Shown here piece by piece: positions 33,845 through 47,309 of a DNA stretch of 64,000 nt. Source of the DNA: Vicugna vicugna. Lineage: Eukaryota. Each line of letters begins with the position of its first letter. The stretch's first letter is position 1. Where the stretch lies: NCBI GenBank assembly GCA_013265495.1, contig MU057744.1, positions 2,741,370 through 2,805,369 of the forward strand, given 5' to 3'. A program made the position numbers and the translations under genes. The notes under the pieces are model-generated. The model was not told where the DNA came from, ran no database searches, and saw nothing but the letters and a program-made list of their open reading frames with translations.

Positions 33845-36800
33845 TNNNNNNNNNNNNNNNNNNNNNNNNNNNNNNNNNNNNNNNNNNNNNNNNNNNNNNN
33901 NNNNNNNNNNNNNNNNNNNNNNNNNNNNNNNNNNNNNNNNNNNNNNNNNNNNNNNNNNNNNNNNNNNNNNNNNNNNNNNNNNNNNNNNNNNNNNNNNNNN
34001 NNNNNNNNNNNNNNNNNNNNNNNNNNNNNNNNNNNNNNNNNNNNNNNNNNNNNNNNNNNNNNNNNNNNNNNNNNNNNNNNNNNNNNNNNNNNNNNNNNNN
34101 NNNNNNNNNNNNNNNNNNNNNNNNNNNNNNNNNNNNNNNNNNNNNNNNNNNNNNNNNNNNNNNNNNNNNNNNNNNNNNNNNNNNNNNNNNNNNNNNNNNN
34201 NNNNNNNNNNNNNNNNNNNNNNNNNNNNNNNNNNNNNNNNNNNNNNNNNNNNNNNNNNNNNNNNNNNNNNNNNNNNNNNNNNNNNNNNNNNNNNNNNNNN
34301 NNNNNNNNNNNNNNNNNNNNNNNNNNNNNNNNNNNNNNNNNNNNNNNNNNNNNNNNNNNNNNNNNNNNNNNNNNNNNNNNNNNNNNNNNNNNNNNNNNNN
34401 NNNNNNNNNNNNNNNNNNNNNNNNNNNNNNNNNNNNNNNNNNNNNNNNNNNNNNNNNNNNNNNNNNNNNNNNNNNNNNNNNNNNNNNNNNNNNNNNNNNN
34501 NNNNNNNNNNNNNNNNNNNNNNNNNNNNNNNNNNNNNNNNNNNNNNNNNNNNNNNNNNNNNNNNNNNNNNNNNNNNNNNNNNNNNNNNNNNNNNNNNNNN
34601 NNNNNNNNNNNNNNNNNNNNNNNNNNNNNNNNNNNNNNNNTACGTGCTTTAATATATTCTGTAAGAATTTTCCAGTAACAGGAGACAATTAAATAGCATC
34701 ATTCCTCATGTGAAAAGTGGGACTGGAATTACAGCTCGCTTGGTGCAAGGGAAGGCTCTGTGCACGGTGCGCCGTCGAGCTGCGGCCCTGCCAGGTTCTC
34801 CTCCCTCGTCTCGTTCGCGGTGGGACGCGGCCCCGATTATGTGCTGGCTCAGGTCCTTGTCTTCTGAAATCCTGTCTTCCTACACAAGTTTCCACAAGAA
34901 ATCAAGAGTAACATGTTCCTGGCTCCAGGAGAGAGCTGTACTATCCTTGGAACTTACGTTTAGAAGCCAGACAGGTCATGTTTCACCTGGCAAATAGCCT
35001 GAACAGGCCCTTCTTTAGAAAGTCAGATTGTTGTGTCTCTCACAAGGCTTGAATCATTTTGCCGTTAACTTCTTGTTCCCTGCGGCTTCAGTGCCTGAGG
35101 AAGGTGGATGCAGTACCAGAGTGACCGTGTGTGTTTGTTCTGAACACTCAGCTGTAGCTTTCAAAGAGGCTAAACGCCAGCTGTTGGTCTCTGTACTGAT
35201 GTCATACATGTGAAGGTAACGTAATGTTATTTGTCGATTATGTCACAAATAAATAAATAAAGATGAGCGTAAAGCTGTACTTGAAGAACGTGCTAAATTC
35301 CAAACCAAAATCTGGCCCTTTTACCGAGTACACAGTGAGATTTTGTTCTAAGAAAATGGTATTTCATCAACTCCAGAGTCATTGTGGGTCTTGTTCTGAC
35401 CATCGTGATTTTCAGATACAACATTAGATTTGTCCTAGTGTATAAATGCCTCCAGCGTTTTCATTTGCAAGTGAGCAGTCATCCAACTTACTTAATAAAT
35501 GAAAACTTTCAGCTTCCAGATAATTGTTGATTCCGTGGACACGGCCACGTGGACGGTCTGAAGAAAGGTACTAGCGCTGTACAGTGTTTCGTCTTGGTTA
35601 ACTCCTCGTTCTGACCTGGTTCAGCCTTTACAAAGCAATGACTCCGCATAAAGTCCTGGACCCCACCTGGTTCACAGCTTACTCTTAACTCTCTGAACAA
35701 CCACACTGCAAACTACCTAATATTGTGGGGCATCACACTTTTTTCTAAAACACGTCTGTTGGGAAATCATGTAAAATACAATGTGAGAAAAGTATGGTTC
35801 CTTGAACATAGTTGTCAAAATACTTGTAAAATTCCGCTTGTTTTGTTGAAAGCATAATTTTAAGAATGTATAAAAGACAATAAAAAGAAAGCTCAGTTGA
35901 GAAACCATATGCTTCTAGGAAAACCAAAGAATCAAGTAGTGACAGCGAGCAAAAAGTACCAAGTTCTGCTGGGCAGGTGCGTCATACCTGCAGAATGGAA
36001 GGTTTCAATTCATTCTAAGCTAGAAGCAAGGGTAATAATTTAAGAACAAGAATGAAGAAATTGAGCTTCTCCTGTTTATAAGGCCCTCAGTTTACTTCCC
36101 TGGGAAACCCTCTGAGCCGTGCCCACCCCGCCTGGGGCAGTAGCCAGGGTCTGCACCCCAGCCCACCATCTCACAAAGCACCATGCAGAGGAAGGAGGGC
36201 CAGAGGGGCCCCCGTGGACCCCAGCGGACTGAGACTGGGGAAACGAGCTTTGTCTTCCTTTACCACTTGTTCTGTGGAAATCCGCTTGAGAGGAGTCTGA
36301 CCTTTCTCTTTTCTGTGTCTGGGTCTAGTGGCGGACGAGGTGAGAGGAACCAAGGCTGGGCAGGAGACAGCTGTGGGACACTGGTTAATGCTTGTGGGCA
36401 ACACACGTGACCAAGACAGCAACAGATCGCCAGGTATTAACAGACGGACGCTAATGGACGAGCCTTCCAGAGCTGCCAGCCCAACAAAACCACAGGTGAC
36501 CCTGTTTCTTTCGAGAACTGGGCTGTGACTGGCCTCAGTGTTACAGCTTTTCCTTCCTCTCCAGTGCTTTTGAATTCCTTGGCTCAAGGCTTTCCCAGTC
36601 TCCTACTGTTTTCTTGGGGATAACGGAGCCAATGTGACAGGCAAAGTCTCAAACTTCAAAGCTTCAGTTTTTTTCCTTGGCTTGCCTGCTCCCACGTTCC
36701 GTGGGCTGATGCTCTGGCCCAGGTGTGCGGGTACTGAACATCGGTAATGAAAGACTGGGTTTATCTAAGGAAGTTGTTAATCCTGTTGTGTTAGTTAGCT

Positions 36801-36968
36801 TTATGAAATATTTATGAAACTGCAAAACACTTGGGGAAAAAAACCCTCAATATTTTGTCACGAAAGAATACTAGAACTTGAGAAAGTAATACAATGAAAG
36901 GTGTATTGTGCACGTATTAACATGAGCCCAAACCCAAGGGTATACACTATATATACAAAGTAACAGTG

Positions 36969-37603
36969 TGTCTAGGGAAGAAAGACAGAGGAAGAGGCGC
37001 AGGGAAATACAAAGCGTCCTTACAGGCACTGAGGCGGGAAGCCCCATAAAAAGACCCCAGGCAGGGCCTCTGCTCTCCTCCCAGCACCGTCCGGTTCCCT
37101 GGCCCAGAGGCTCTATCTCCCTTTTTGCCTCTAAAGGCTAACTTACACCTAGAAGTCTATTGGTTCCCTGAGCTCACTTCTGATTGGTTATTTCCTTCAC
37201 TCCTGATTCGTTACTACTCTCACTTCTGATTGGTTAATACTCTCACTCCTGATTTGTTATTACTCTCACTTCTGATTGGTCCACTTCCCTAACTTCTGAT
37301 TGGTCCATTAGTAGTACTTCATTTGCATGGAGCTCACTCCTGATTGGTCTAGTTCTACAAAGCTTGTTCCTGGTTGGTCAACTTCTGTTCTACTTTATTT
37401 GCATATGATGTTGCAAAGTGTAAAACTGGCAGCCTATAAAAAGGCTGTGTAAACCTACAGATGGGGTCCAGAGCTTGAAGTGTTAAGTCTTCTGGGCTCG
37501 CTAGCGTAATAGAAGTGAGTTCTCCAGCTCTCCAAGTGCTGCTTGGTTTCTCGTTCAGATCCAGGCTGCTGTCACAATGGAGCTGTAACACATTTTCCGC
37601 AAC
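36969..37603 (+). mobile_element. Same ERV LTR in duplicate copy 2
   Basis: Offset 4800 from copy 1; extra intact octamer at 37321-37328. Confidence 0.85.
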
Positions 37604-38094
37604 AGCACCAGTAAACAGCTGCTTATGCCGATAGTGAGCACAATGTCTTGTTATGATAGAGTAATAATCATACAAGAAAGTTTTTTGATTAGCAACTTCA
37701 TGGAAGAGGTACCGCTTTAGTGGAGATTTACAAAATTTCAGCTTGTAAATTGAGGTTAGGTGGTCAGGTTGTCCAACATAAAGGAAAAAATGTGCAAAAA
37801 GTAAGAAACTAACTGATCACAGAGTTGAAAACTATCCATATGCTTCATTTTTTCTGTAAGAAATAGTTACTGAACACTTGCAAACTTTGATAAAATCAAA
37901 TGGGTCCTACTGACTAGCGCTGAAGACAAACTTTAAGTAAATGAGTCAGTCTGATTGTGACAAATGCTATGAAAAGTATCTGCCACTGTGTTTCCGTAAG
38001 TCCTGACTTAATCAGCTCAGGGTGGAGGAGCAGAGAAACCCATCTGATAAAGAGATATTTTGTTAAAGTTAGACATAAAAATTATATTTTACTA

Positions 38095-38362
38095 TATTTA
38101 TTTCACTGTTTTTGCTGAATATTGAAAGTTAATTATAGACATAGACATTTCACACCTAAGTATTTTAGCAGGCATCTCTAAAATATAAAAACATCTTCTA
38201 CATAATCTTAAAAACATTATTAAATCTAAAAAATAGTATTTCCTTAATATCAGATACTTACAGCCATCTTCAAGTTTCTCAGATTGTTTCCTCAAAAATA
38301 GTATTTTTTAATCAACAGACTATAGTTATGGCTAAGAATTACATGTGTCTCTTTTAACCTGT
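38095..38362 (-). mobile_element. L1MC-type 3' fragment (also at 33080-33346)
   Basis: catttcacacctaagtattttagcaggcatctctaaaat...ttccttaatatca. Confidence 0.7.
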
Positions 38363-40249
38363 AACATTGCCCCCGCCCAACCCAGACCTGTGTGTGTGCC
38401 TGTGTGTGTGCGCGCGTGTTTGTGTGTACATGTAGTCGCATGCACGTGATGTTGGCTTTGGCAGCATTCTGCCTTCTGGACTTGTCTTAATCATTTCCTT
38501 TTTTTTTTTTTTTTAACTTTTTTTTTTGTGTTATAGTCAGTTTACATTTTTTTTTCTTTTTTTCANNNNNNNNNNNNNNNNNNNNNNNNNNNNNNNNNNN
38601 NNCCGCTGTGAGACAAGATCTTGTATACATTTCCCTGTGCTATGCAGTATAATCTTGTTTATCTATTCTGCATATGCCTGTCAGTATCTACATATTCCGA
38701 ATCATTTCCTTTTGATGTGTTTTGTTTCTCAATACCCTGCATTTTCTGTAAACTTGAAGCTAAATCCAGAGACCAGATCAGACGTACTCCACAGGTGATG
38801 TTCTGTGCTTTCTTTTGCATCATTTCAGTGGCATGTAACACGTGATGTAGGCTTTCTCCTTGTCAGTTATTTTAAATCTGATTTCTGGGTTAATGCAGAG
38901 CTAGCAGGATCTGTCTAACATTAGGTTATATTTTGTGGGTTCTGACCAGTGTAAGTCCCACCGAGATGGAATGAGTTACTCGAGACTCTGTGGAAAGTCA
39001 AGAGAGCAAGAGGGAGTCGGGGACCAACTCACCGGGCCTCTCAAATGCCCCCACATATACTGCGTATAATCAAAGGAAAAATCACCTAGCTGTGTGATGG
39101 GACGCAGGCACCTAGGGAGAGACAGGACGGGATAGAGATCGCAGAATCCACAGTGCGTACGAAGGCTTTGTTTACCTTCAGGGAAGTCATGGGGTGGGGG
39201 GACACGATACATTCTTTAGATACATTGATTACGGAGCAGACCGCGGGGCAGCCAGTCCCTCGCCCTGGAGATACAGACCGTCTAACAGCAGGCACGCCCG
39301 CGCTTATCGCCGAGGGCCTGGGCGTTGCTTTGCAAGGAGCAGAGTGCCACCTAAAACCTCAGGTGTGCCAGCAAGGCATCGTCTCCGCTTTTCGCAGCAA
39401 GGAGACTGCAGAGCGATGTGCAGGCGCCTGCTAGCAAGGCGGTTACGCAGCACACTTGTTCTTCTTAAAGCTGACGGGCGGCTGGGGTCATTTACCTAGT
39501 TAACCCATCGTGGGCTCCCACGGTGTTTTACTCCCCAAGTCAGCAAGTGCCCGGAGCCAATACTTCGGCTCCTCGCGAAGCCCGGTTGCGGGCTGGCCTT
39601 CCCCCCGGCGCTTTCAGTGTCCCATGATGACGCCCGGTCACCAGGGCCGGCGCCACAGCTGCAACCTTGTGGTTTCTAATTCCGTCACTTAGTGTGTTCT
39701 CACTGACTTACAGGTTTTAAAGAAGTTCTTTGCAATAGCCATTGGGAATATTTGGTAACCTCGAAACACAATTTTTACTGAAAAGCTGTCACAAAGACCG
39801 TTTCTTTTCCTGCGATTACCAATGCTCTAAATGCACAATCAGTTCACTCATTCGCTTGATGAAACCACTCTAAGTTAGGAACCAAAGGAAGAGCAAGAAG
39901 CAGAAATGAAGTTTATTGAGACAGAAGAAAGAGCATTTCAGAGCAGACTTTTATAAAAGGATACAGTTCATTAAAGGAAACAAAAGAATGGACTGAGGAT
40001 CGGATGAGGAAAGAAAGAACGCTAGAAGAAATGAGGCTGTCACGTGGCCTTGGGGTTGATGGTAAGGGTTCTGGACTTCATTTCTGTGTAATGATAAAAT
40101 CAAAGATTGTAAGCAATGGAGCCAAATGTGCAGATATGCATATTTTTACATAGTTCCATTTTTTTCTTTATCTCTACTTTTAAAATTGCAACACGTCATA
40201 CATAGAACAAAATGTACGAATCCTAAACATGCAGCATGATGACTTTTCT

Positions 40250-40445
40250 TTGTTTTTTGTTTTTTTAAATTTTATTATTTTTGTTTGCTTGTGTTTTTTC
40301 TTTGGAGGGGTAGGTAATTAGGTTTCTTTCTTTCTTTCCTTCTTTCTTTCTTATTTACTTATTTAATTGAAAGGACTGGGGACGGAACCCAGGACCTCAA
40401 GCGTGCTGAGCAAGTGCTCCACCCCTGAGCTCCACCCTCCACCCT
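40250..40445 (-). mobile_element. Vic-1-type SINE
   Basis: ggggacggaacccaggacctcaagcgtgctgagc...ctgagctccaccctcc; TSD catgatg(a/g)c. Confidence 0.9.
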
Positions 40446-40679
40446 CATGATGGCACTTCTCATACTGTGCATTCGGGGAACCACCCCCCAGATCTAGAGT
40501 CAGAAGACTTCCAACCCCCCCAGTGGTTGCCTCACACTTTTTCCCGGTCAGTACCCCTGTGGTACCAGCCTCAGGATGGATCCCGGTGACCCCTGCCGCC
40601 AGGTATCCACATCCTTGTTGAGTCCCCTTGCACAATAAATGAGGCTGGGTTTGCTTGTCTGCTTGCTTTGTTATTACAG

Positions 40680-43600
40680 GTGGGATTATGATTTTGATAG
40701 AGGTTGCAGTGAATATGCAGATCTTTGGGGGTAGTGTGAATATTGTAATAATATTAATTATTCCAACCCAAGAACACAAGATACTTTTCCATTGATTTGT
40801 GTCTTCTTCAATTTTTTCCACAAGTGTCTTACAGTTTTAAGTGTACAAGTCTTTCACTTCCTTGGTTAAATTTATTCCTAAGTGTTTTATTGTTTTGATG
40901 CTATTATAAATGGGACTGCTCTCTTAATTTCTGTCTTAGATTGTTCATTGTTAGTGTACAGAAATGTAAAGTGTGCTGCTTTTGTGTCCTGCAACTTCCC
41001 TGAACTCATTTATTGGTTCTAACTGTTTTGGATGGAGTTCTTAGGGTTTTCTTGTAAGATCATGTCATCTGTAAACAAATAATTTTACTTACTCATTTCC
41101 AATTTGCATTCCTTTTATTTCTTTTTCTTGCCTAATGCTGTGGCTTGGACTTTCAGTACTGTGTAAGGAGTGGGGAAAGTGGGCGTCTTTGTTTTGTTCC
41201 TGATCTCAGAGGAAAGCCTTTCATCTTTCCATTATCGAGTGTGACATTGCTGTTGGGCGTATCATGTATATAACCTTTGTTTTGTTCAGATGCACTCCCT
41301 CCATTTCTGCACTTTGGTGAGAGGTCTCGTTATGAAAAGATGTTGCATTTTGTCAGGTGCTTATTCTGCATGTATTAAAATTATCATACGATTTTAAAAC
41401 TTTGTTCTGTTAACGTGGTGACTCACACGTACTGATCTGAAACGTCCTCACGTCCCAGAGGTAAGGCCCGCTTGGCCACGGGGTGTGAGCCTTGCAGTGT
41501 GGTGTTGAATTTTGTCTGCTAGTGTTTGGCTGAAGAGTCTGCATCTGTGTCCGTCAGCGATGCTGGCCCGCAGCTTTCTTCCCTTGCGGTGTCCTTGTCT
41601 GGCTTTGGTGTCAGGGTCCTGCGGGCCTTGTGAAATGAGCTGGAAGTGCTCGCTGCTGTCCAGTTGTTTGGAAGGGCTTGAGAAGACTTAGCATCAATTT
41701 TTATTCGAATGTCCCGTGGAATTCACTAGTGAAGCCCTCTGGTCCTTTGGTTTCGTTTGTTGGGAGAGTCTTGATTTCCGATTCAGTCTCTTTCTCAGTT
41801 TTGATTTGTTCACGTTTTCTTTTACCTCATGATTCAGCCTTGGAAGTTGTCGTCTGTTTCTTCTAGGTTGTCTGGTTTGTGGCCATGTAATTGTTCACAG
41901 TGGCCTCTTGTTCTTTTATTCCTGTAGTGGCAGCTTTGCTGTTCCTTTTTCCTGTGATTTTATTAATTTGAATCATCTGTCTTTTTCTAGCTAAAGGCTT
42001 GTCAATTTTGTTTACCTTTAAAAAAACTAACTCAAGTTAGTCTATATTTTCAATTGTTCTTCTCTTCTGTTTTATTGATTTCTACTCTAGTTTTGTTAAA
42101 TAAACTTCAGCTAACTTCAGGTTTAATTTCTTACTTTGTTTTTATACAACAACAACAAAAAGATTTACTTGCAACACAGCGCAGTCCCCATCACTTCCTT
42201 TTCTAGTTCCTTGAAGTATAAGGTTGTTTATTTGAGATGTTTTTTTCTTAACGTAGGCCTTTATCCCGCTAACTTTCCTCCAAGGACTGCTTCCCAGCTC
42301 CCCACAAGCGCTAGTGTGCTGTGCTCGCGTTTTCATTTATCTCGGGGTATTTTTTAATTTCCCTTTTGATTTCTTCTCTGACCCGTTGGTCGTTTAGACA
42401 TTTGTTGTTTCATTTCCATGCATTTGTGAATTTGATTTCTAGTTTCATGCCATTGTGGTCAGAAGTGATGCTTGATGTGATTTCAGTCTCACATGTGTTA
42501 AGACCTTTTTTGTGGCGTGACGTCTGGTCTGTCCTGGAGAACGTGCCGTGTGCTCCTGAGTATAGACTATGCTGTTCTTGGAGGACATTCTGTGTATGTC
42601 CGTTAGGTCCATTTGGTCTAAAGTGAAGCTCAAGTCCATTATTTTCTCATTGATTTTCTGTCTGGCTGATCTATCCTTTGTTGAAAGTGGTGTATTGAAA
42701 TCCACTACTGTCATTGCATCACTGCCTTTTTTTTCTGCCTTCAGATCTGTTAATAATTGTTTAATGTATTTCGGTGCTCTCATATTGGATGCAACTATAT
42801 TTACAACTATGTACTCTTGATAAAATGACTCCTTTTTCATTATAGAATAGCAGTATTTGTATCTCGTTACAGCTTTTGACTTGAAGGCGATTTTGTGTAA
42901 GCCAAGCTGCCCCTGCTCTCTCTTGGTCTTTGCATAGGATATCTTTCTGTAGCCCTTCACTTTAAGTCTATGAGGGTTCGTAAAACTTCAGTGAGTCTCT
43001 TGACTGTTCTGTAGTTCCTGTCTTCCTCTTCCTCTTTTGCATCTTTCAGTGATTCCCTTTAGTGACTTTCTTTGATTTTTTTTCTCTTTGTCCTTTGTGT
43101 ATCTGTGATGGGTTTTCACTGTATGCTTGCCATCACACTTTCATAATATGTCTTGTAACAGTCTACTTTAAGCTGATAATGACTTAACTTCATTTGCATC
43201 AAAAGTTATACGTATTTACTTGACCCCAAACATTTTACATTGTTGATGTAAGTCTACGTGGTTTTATATTGTGTATCCATTAACATAATATTGTAGCTAT
43301 AATTATTTTTAGAACCTTTGTCTTTTCACCTAACTAGAATTCAAAGTGATTTGCACACCACCTTTTCAGTACTAGAGTATTCTGAAATTGACTGTATATT
43401 TATCTTTATCAGAGAATTTTATTTTGAATTCTTTGTCAGGTGCTCATTGACCTTCATTTCTTTGGGGTCAGTTAGTGGAAAATTATCGTTCTCCTGATGG
43501 TGTCTTGTGTTCTTGCTTTTCCATGTTTCTGCATTGATGTCTGTGCATTTGAGGGAACAATAACTTCTTCCAGCCTTTTTGGAGAAAGACTCTCACCTGC

Positions 43601-44900
43601 AGTTGGCTCTGAGGGCACTGGCTGGGTGGGGGGCAGTGTCTCTGTTACTGGAGGGTATGGTGGCGGCAGTCTCCATGCAGCTCTGCCAGCTGGCGGCAAA
43701 TGCACAGAGACGGTGGGGTCTTCGTGGCCAAGGCTGCAGTGGTCCCCCGAGTGTTCGGAGCCTCAGAAGCAAAGGCTGCTAGATGCCTGCTCTCCCCTTT
43801 GCCCTGGGGGAGAATTGTAGCCAACGGGTCCCTTCTGGTGCCAGTCATGGCATGCTGCCACTTAGAGTGGCGGCTGAGCTGAGGTCCTGGGATCAGGGCA
43901 GCCAGAACGACCGCAGCACTGGGGCTCTGGCACAGGCACACGGTGGGGAAGCTGGCATCCGAGGCACGGGCAGGTGCAGATCTCCTGTGGTTCCTCCTGC
44001 CACTTGCCACAGTGGCAGGCTGAGGGTAAGAGGGTTTCAGCGTTGTGGGCCCGGGTTCAGACGGTGTGGTGGTGGCCTGGACCTGGAAGGCGGGGGCAGT
44101 TCTTGCCTTCCCTGGGGACGGTGGGTGGAAGTCCCCGCTCAGGCCCCTGGGGGTAGCCACAGAACAGCCGTCCCTCAAGTTTGGCAGGTCACAGCCCAGC
44201 GTAGAGCCCGGATGGTCAGAGGAGTCCCGCGGCAGCCGAGCCCTGGTCATCGGGGTCCAGCCGTGACTTAGAATCCTGGGGGTGGGGCAGAGCTGCAGCG
44301 GGCAGCCTGGGACGGTGGGCCAAAGCCCCTCCTTCGGGCTGGGGAGTGGGACATAGGGCCACTTGGCCTCGGTAATGGCAGGTCAGTGCTGGGCCCGGGA
44401 ACCAGGGGACAGAGGGGGCGGGGTGCAGAGCAGCGGCAGCTCTGGTCCTGCGGACGCTGAGGTGCTTCGGTGCCCTGACCTCAGAGGGCCAGGCGCAGTG
44501 GTCAGTGGGGTCTCACCCCCCAGACAGCTCCAGCCCCAGGGAGGCGACACGGGCAGGGACCTGGCTCAGTACTGGTAAAGAATCTGAGGGCTGGAGCACA
44601 AGTCGCTGCTCTGCCTCCCCCCGTGCCGAGAGCTCCCTCCGCCGGGATGGCTCCTGGCCCCGAGCTGCTCCGGATGGCGGGCGGGGGGTGCAGGGAACGT
44701 GCTCCCCGTGCTGTGCTGGGAGGCCGTCCTTGGGTCTCGAGCTTCGCGGGGGTTTTGCTGCGTCCTTGTCGTAGTCCGGAGCTTTCCCAGGGATGTGCTC
44801 CTCAGTCTCTGGTTCCTTATTTATTGCTTTTGTTGTTTTCGTGGGGAAAACAAGCTTTGAGACCTCCTGGCCGTCTGTTTGCTGCCGTCACCCTCGTGCA
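40680..44900 (-). mobile_element. L1 (L1MA/L1M2-like): GC-rich 5' UTR, ORF1 largely deleted, decayed ORF2
   Basis: ORF 42445-42960 is the L1 endonuclease (APKYIKQLLTDLK, DFNTPLS, LDQMDLTDI). ORF 40363-40821 begins KIEEDTNQWKSILCSWVG. GC-rich 5' region at 43600-44890. Confidence 0.9.
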
Positions 44901-45890
44901 GTATTCACTTTTGTTCTGAAGTCTTTTACTCAACAGTGCTGATGTTCCTGGGTGTGAGCAGTGTGTCCCTTTATATTGCTAAACATATTTCATTATGTGA
45001 ATTTACCACATTAAAAAAATCATTCCACCATTGAAGGGTATTTGTTTAAATTTTTCCAATTTGAAGGTATTATGAATAAATCTGTGTCTTCTGTGACACA
45101 GGTCGTGTGCCTCTTCGTGGAGTTACACACTTCATTTCTCTTAGAAATATGCATAGAAGGACAGCTGCTGGGTCCTAAGTAAGCAGCCTGTCTGGGTTTT
45201 GGTAGATTCTGCCAAATCGGTTTTCAGAGCTGTCCTCTGACTTACTCTCCTACCAGCAGTGAGTGGCCGTCCCAGCTGCGAAACGCAGTGTTGTCCCTTC
45301 CTGGGTAAGCCACGGGGCGGGGGTGTGGTGGCATCTCTGCGTTTCCACGGTGAGTACTGATGTTCCAGTACGTGGCCGCTTAGGTAACCCCTTTGGGACA
45401 TACCTGCTCAAGTCTTTTGTCCACTTTAATCTTTATCTTGATACCCAGCTTGTGGACTTGTAGCATTTTTAGCTCTCCTTTATATATTCAGGATATGAGT
45501 CACTTGTCGTGTGTACGTGCTGAAAGGATCCTTTCCCAGTGAGAGATTTGCATCACCAGCCTTTCAAAGCTGTTATTCAGCAGATGTGATTAAGTTTAGT
45601 AAAACCACCTTATCCATCTGGATTTTATGCCTAGTGGCTTTTGTGCCCTAAACATTTAAGGAATATTTGCTCACTCCAAGTTTATGAAGATTTTATCCTG
45701 TTTCATTCCAAAAGCTTTATAATGTAACATGTCACCATTAAGGCTATTATCCACTGCAGATTAAATTCTGTATGTCATGGGGGAAGGTCAGGGCTCACAT
45801 CCCTCTGCAGTACCCGCTCGTCTCGGTATCGTGTGTGGAAAGGTCATCTTGTGCCCTATGAATTGCAGTGGTATTTTTGTCATAATCAGA
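44900..45890 (-). mobile_element. Older L1ME-type fragment (host element; continues at 40130-40680)
   Basis: attccaccattgaaggg...ttatgaataaatctg...gctgctgggtc...ctgccaaatcggttttc. Confidence 0.7.
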
Positions 45891-45899
45891 AAACAGTAC

Positions 45900-46150
45900 A
45901 AAATTAGGTGTTTAAATGCAATGAATGGATCCTCTAACAGAAAACAGGCATTAGTGGAAAAAATGATGACTTCTCAGTGAAGTCTGGAGGTTAGTTAATA
46001 GCACTGTATCACTTCTGGCTTTGTGGTTTTGACAGATATATTATGGTACTTAAGATGATGACACTAGAGGACACTGGCAAAGGTGTGTAGACATTTTATT
46101 ATCTTTGCAAATGTTCTCCATGTTTGAAATTGTTCCAAAATAAACAGTTT
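45900..46150 (+). mobile_element. L1MC-type 3' end
   Basis: taaatgcaat...ggatcct...ggcattagtggaaaaa...tgaaattgttccaaaataaac. Confidence 0.75.
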
Positions 46151-46551
46151 GTTTCAGAAGCAGGTCTGCGTGGACTCTGTTTCGCCTGTTTGGCTGAGCT
46201 TTCCTCCTCCGTGCTGGGAGCACCGTCCGTGGCCGCGGCAGCTGTAGCGCGAGCCCTGATACCCTGGATGGCTCTCAGCGGCCCAGCGCGGGGGACGTGA
46301 ACTTTGCCAGCCCTGGGGTTAAGCTGGCCTGTGAGATTCTGCTTTTTCACTTCCAGGTGCCATGGGTCTCCAGAACTGAAAGTTCAGGAAAATGACACTG
46401 GGCAGAATTTGGAGGGCAGAACACTGAAAAGGAGGGCACCTTGAGGAGAGAGCTCCAGAAATCAGAATGGGGGTTCCATTGATGCTTAGCTGAACACCTG
46501 TCTTCACACATACGTGGTGAAACCTCATGAAGGAGGTGGGAAGTCAAGAAT

Positions 46552-47087
46552 CTTTTTTTTTTAATTAATATTGAAGTACAGTCAGTTACATTGTGTCAGC
46601 TTCTGGTGTGCAGCACAATGTCCCAGTCATTAATATACATACATATATTCGTTTCCATATACTTTTTCATTAAAGTTTATTACAAGATACTGAATATAGT
46701 TGCCTGTGCTGAACAGAAGAAATTTGGTTTTTTTTTAATATATTTTTATACATAGTGGCTAACATTTGCAAACCTCAAACTCTCAAATCTATCCCTTCCC
46801 ACTCCCTTTCCCTGGTAACCATAAGGTTGTTTACTATGTCTGCGAGTCTGTTTCTGTTTTATAGATGAGTTCATTAGTGTCCTCTTTTTTCTTTTTCTTA
46901 GATTCCACATATGAGTGATATCATGTGGTATTTTTCTTTCTTTTTCTGGCTTATTTCACTTAGGATGACGATCTCTAGGTCGATCCATGTTGCTGCAAAT
47001 GGCATTATTTTATTCTTTTTATGGCTGAGTAGTATTCCATTATATAAATATATCACAACTTCTTTATCCAGTCATCCATTGATGGAC
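46552..47087 (-). mobile_element. Camelid L1 3' end
   Basis: Poly-T, attgaagtacagtcagttac, ttagattccacatatgagtgatatcat. Confidence 0.92.
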
Positions 47088-47169
47088 AAATTTTTAAAGT
47101 GAACTATTTCCAGTCTTCACAGGACTGGGAAATGTTTGAATTCTAGTGCATTCAGGTGACGTTATCAAG

Positions 47170-47309
47170 TCTACATCATATTTTGATTTCTTTCTCTCCC
47201 AATCCTGTTTCCTCCCCCATCACAGGTGTTAATCCGAAGGGTACTCCCTAATGAATTTTAACTTCTGTCTTCGAGTCTGCTTCTTTGAGAACCCTAAACG
47301 TGATAACAA
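47170..47309 (+). mobile_element. LTR16-like (ERVL) 3' fragment
   Basis: cccaatcctgtttcctcccc...cacaggtgttaatcc...gagtctgcttc...gaaccc. Confidence 0.65.

Larger units (their letters stand above)
34641..38940 (+). repeat. Tandem near-identical duplication, copy 2 (starts exactly at the gap end)
   Basis: Five substitutions seen in the first 3.2 kb relative to copy 1; duplicated ORFs in the track. Confidence 0.97.

Noticed and set aside
33825..34688. 271-287 aa ORFs
   Set aside because: Read-through of an N gap.
43472..44919. Cluster of ORFs up to 201 aa
   Set aside because: GC-rich L1 5' UTR.
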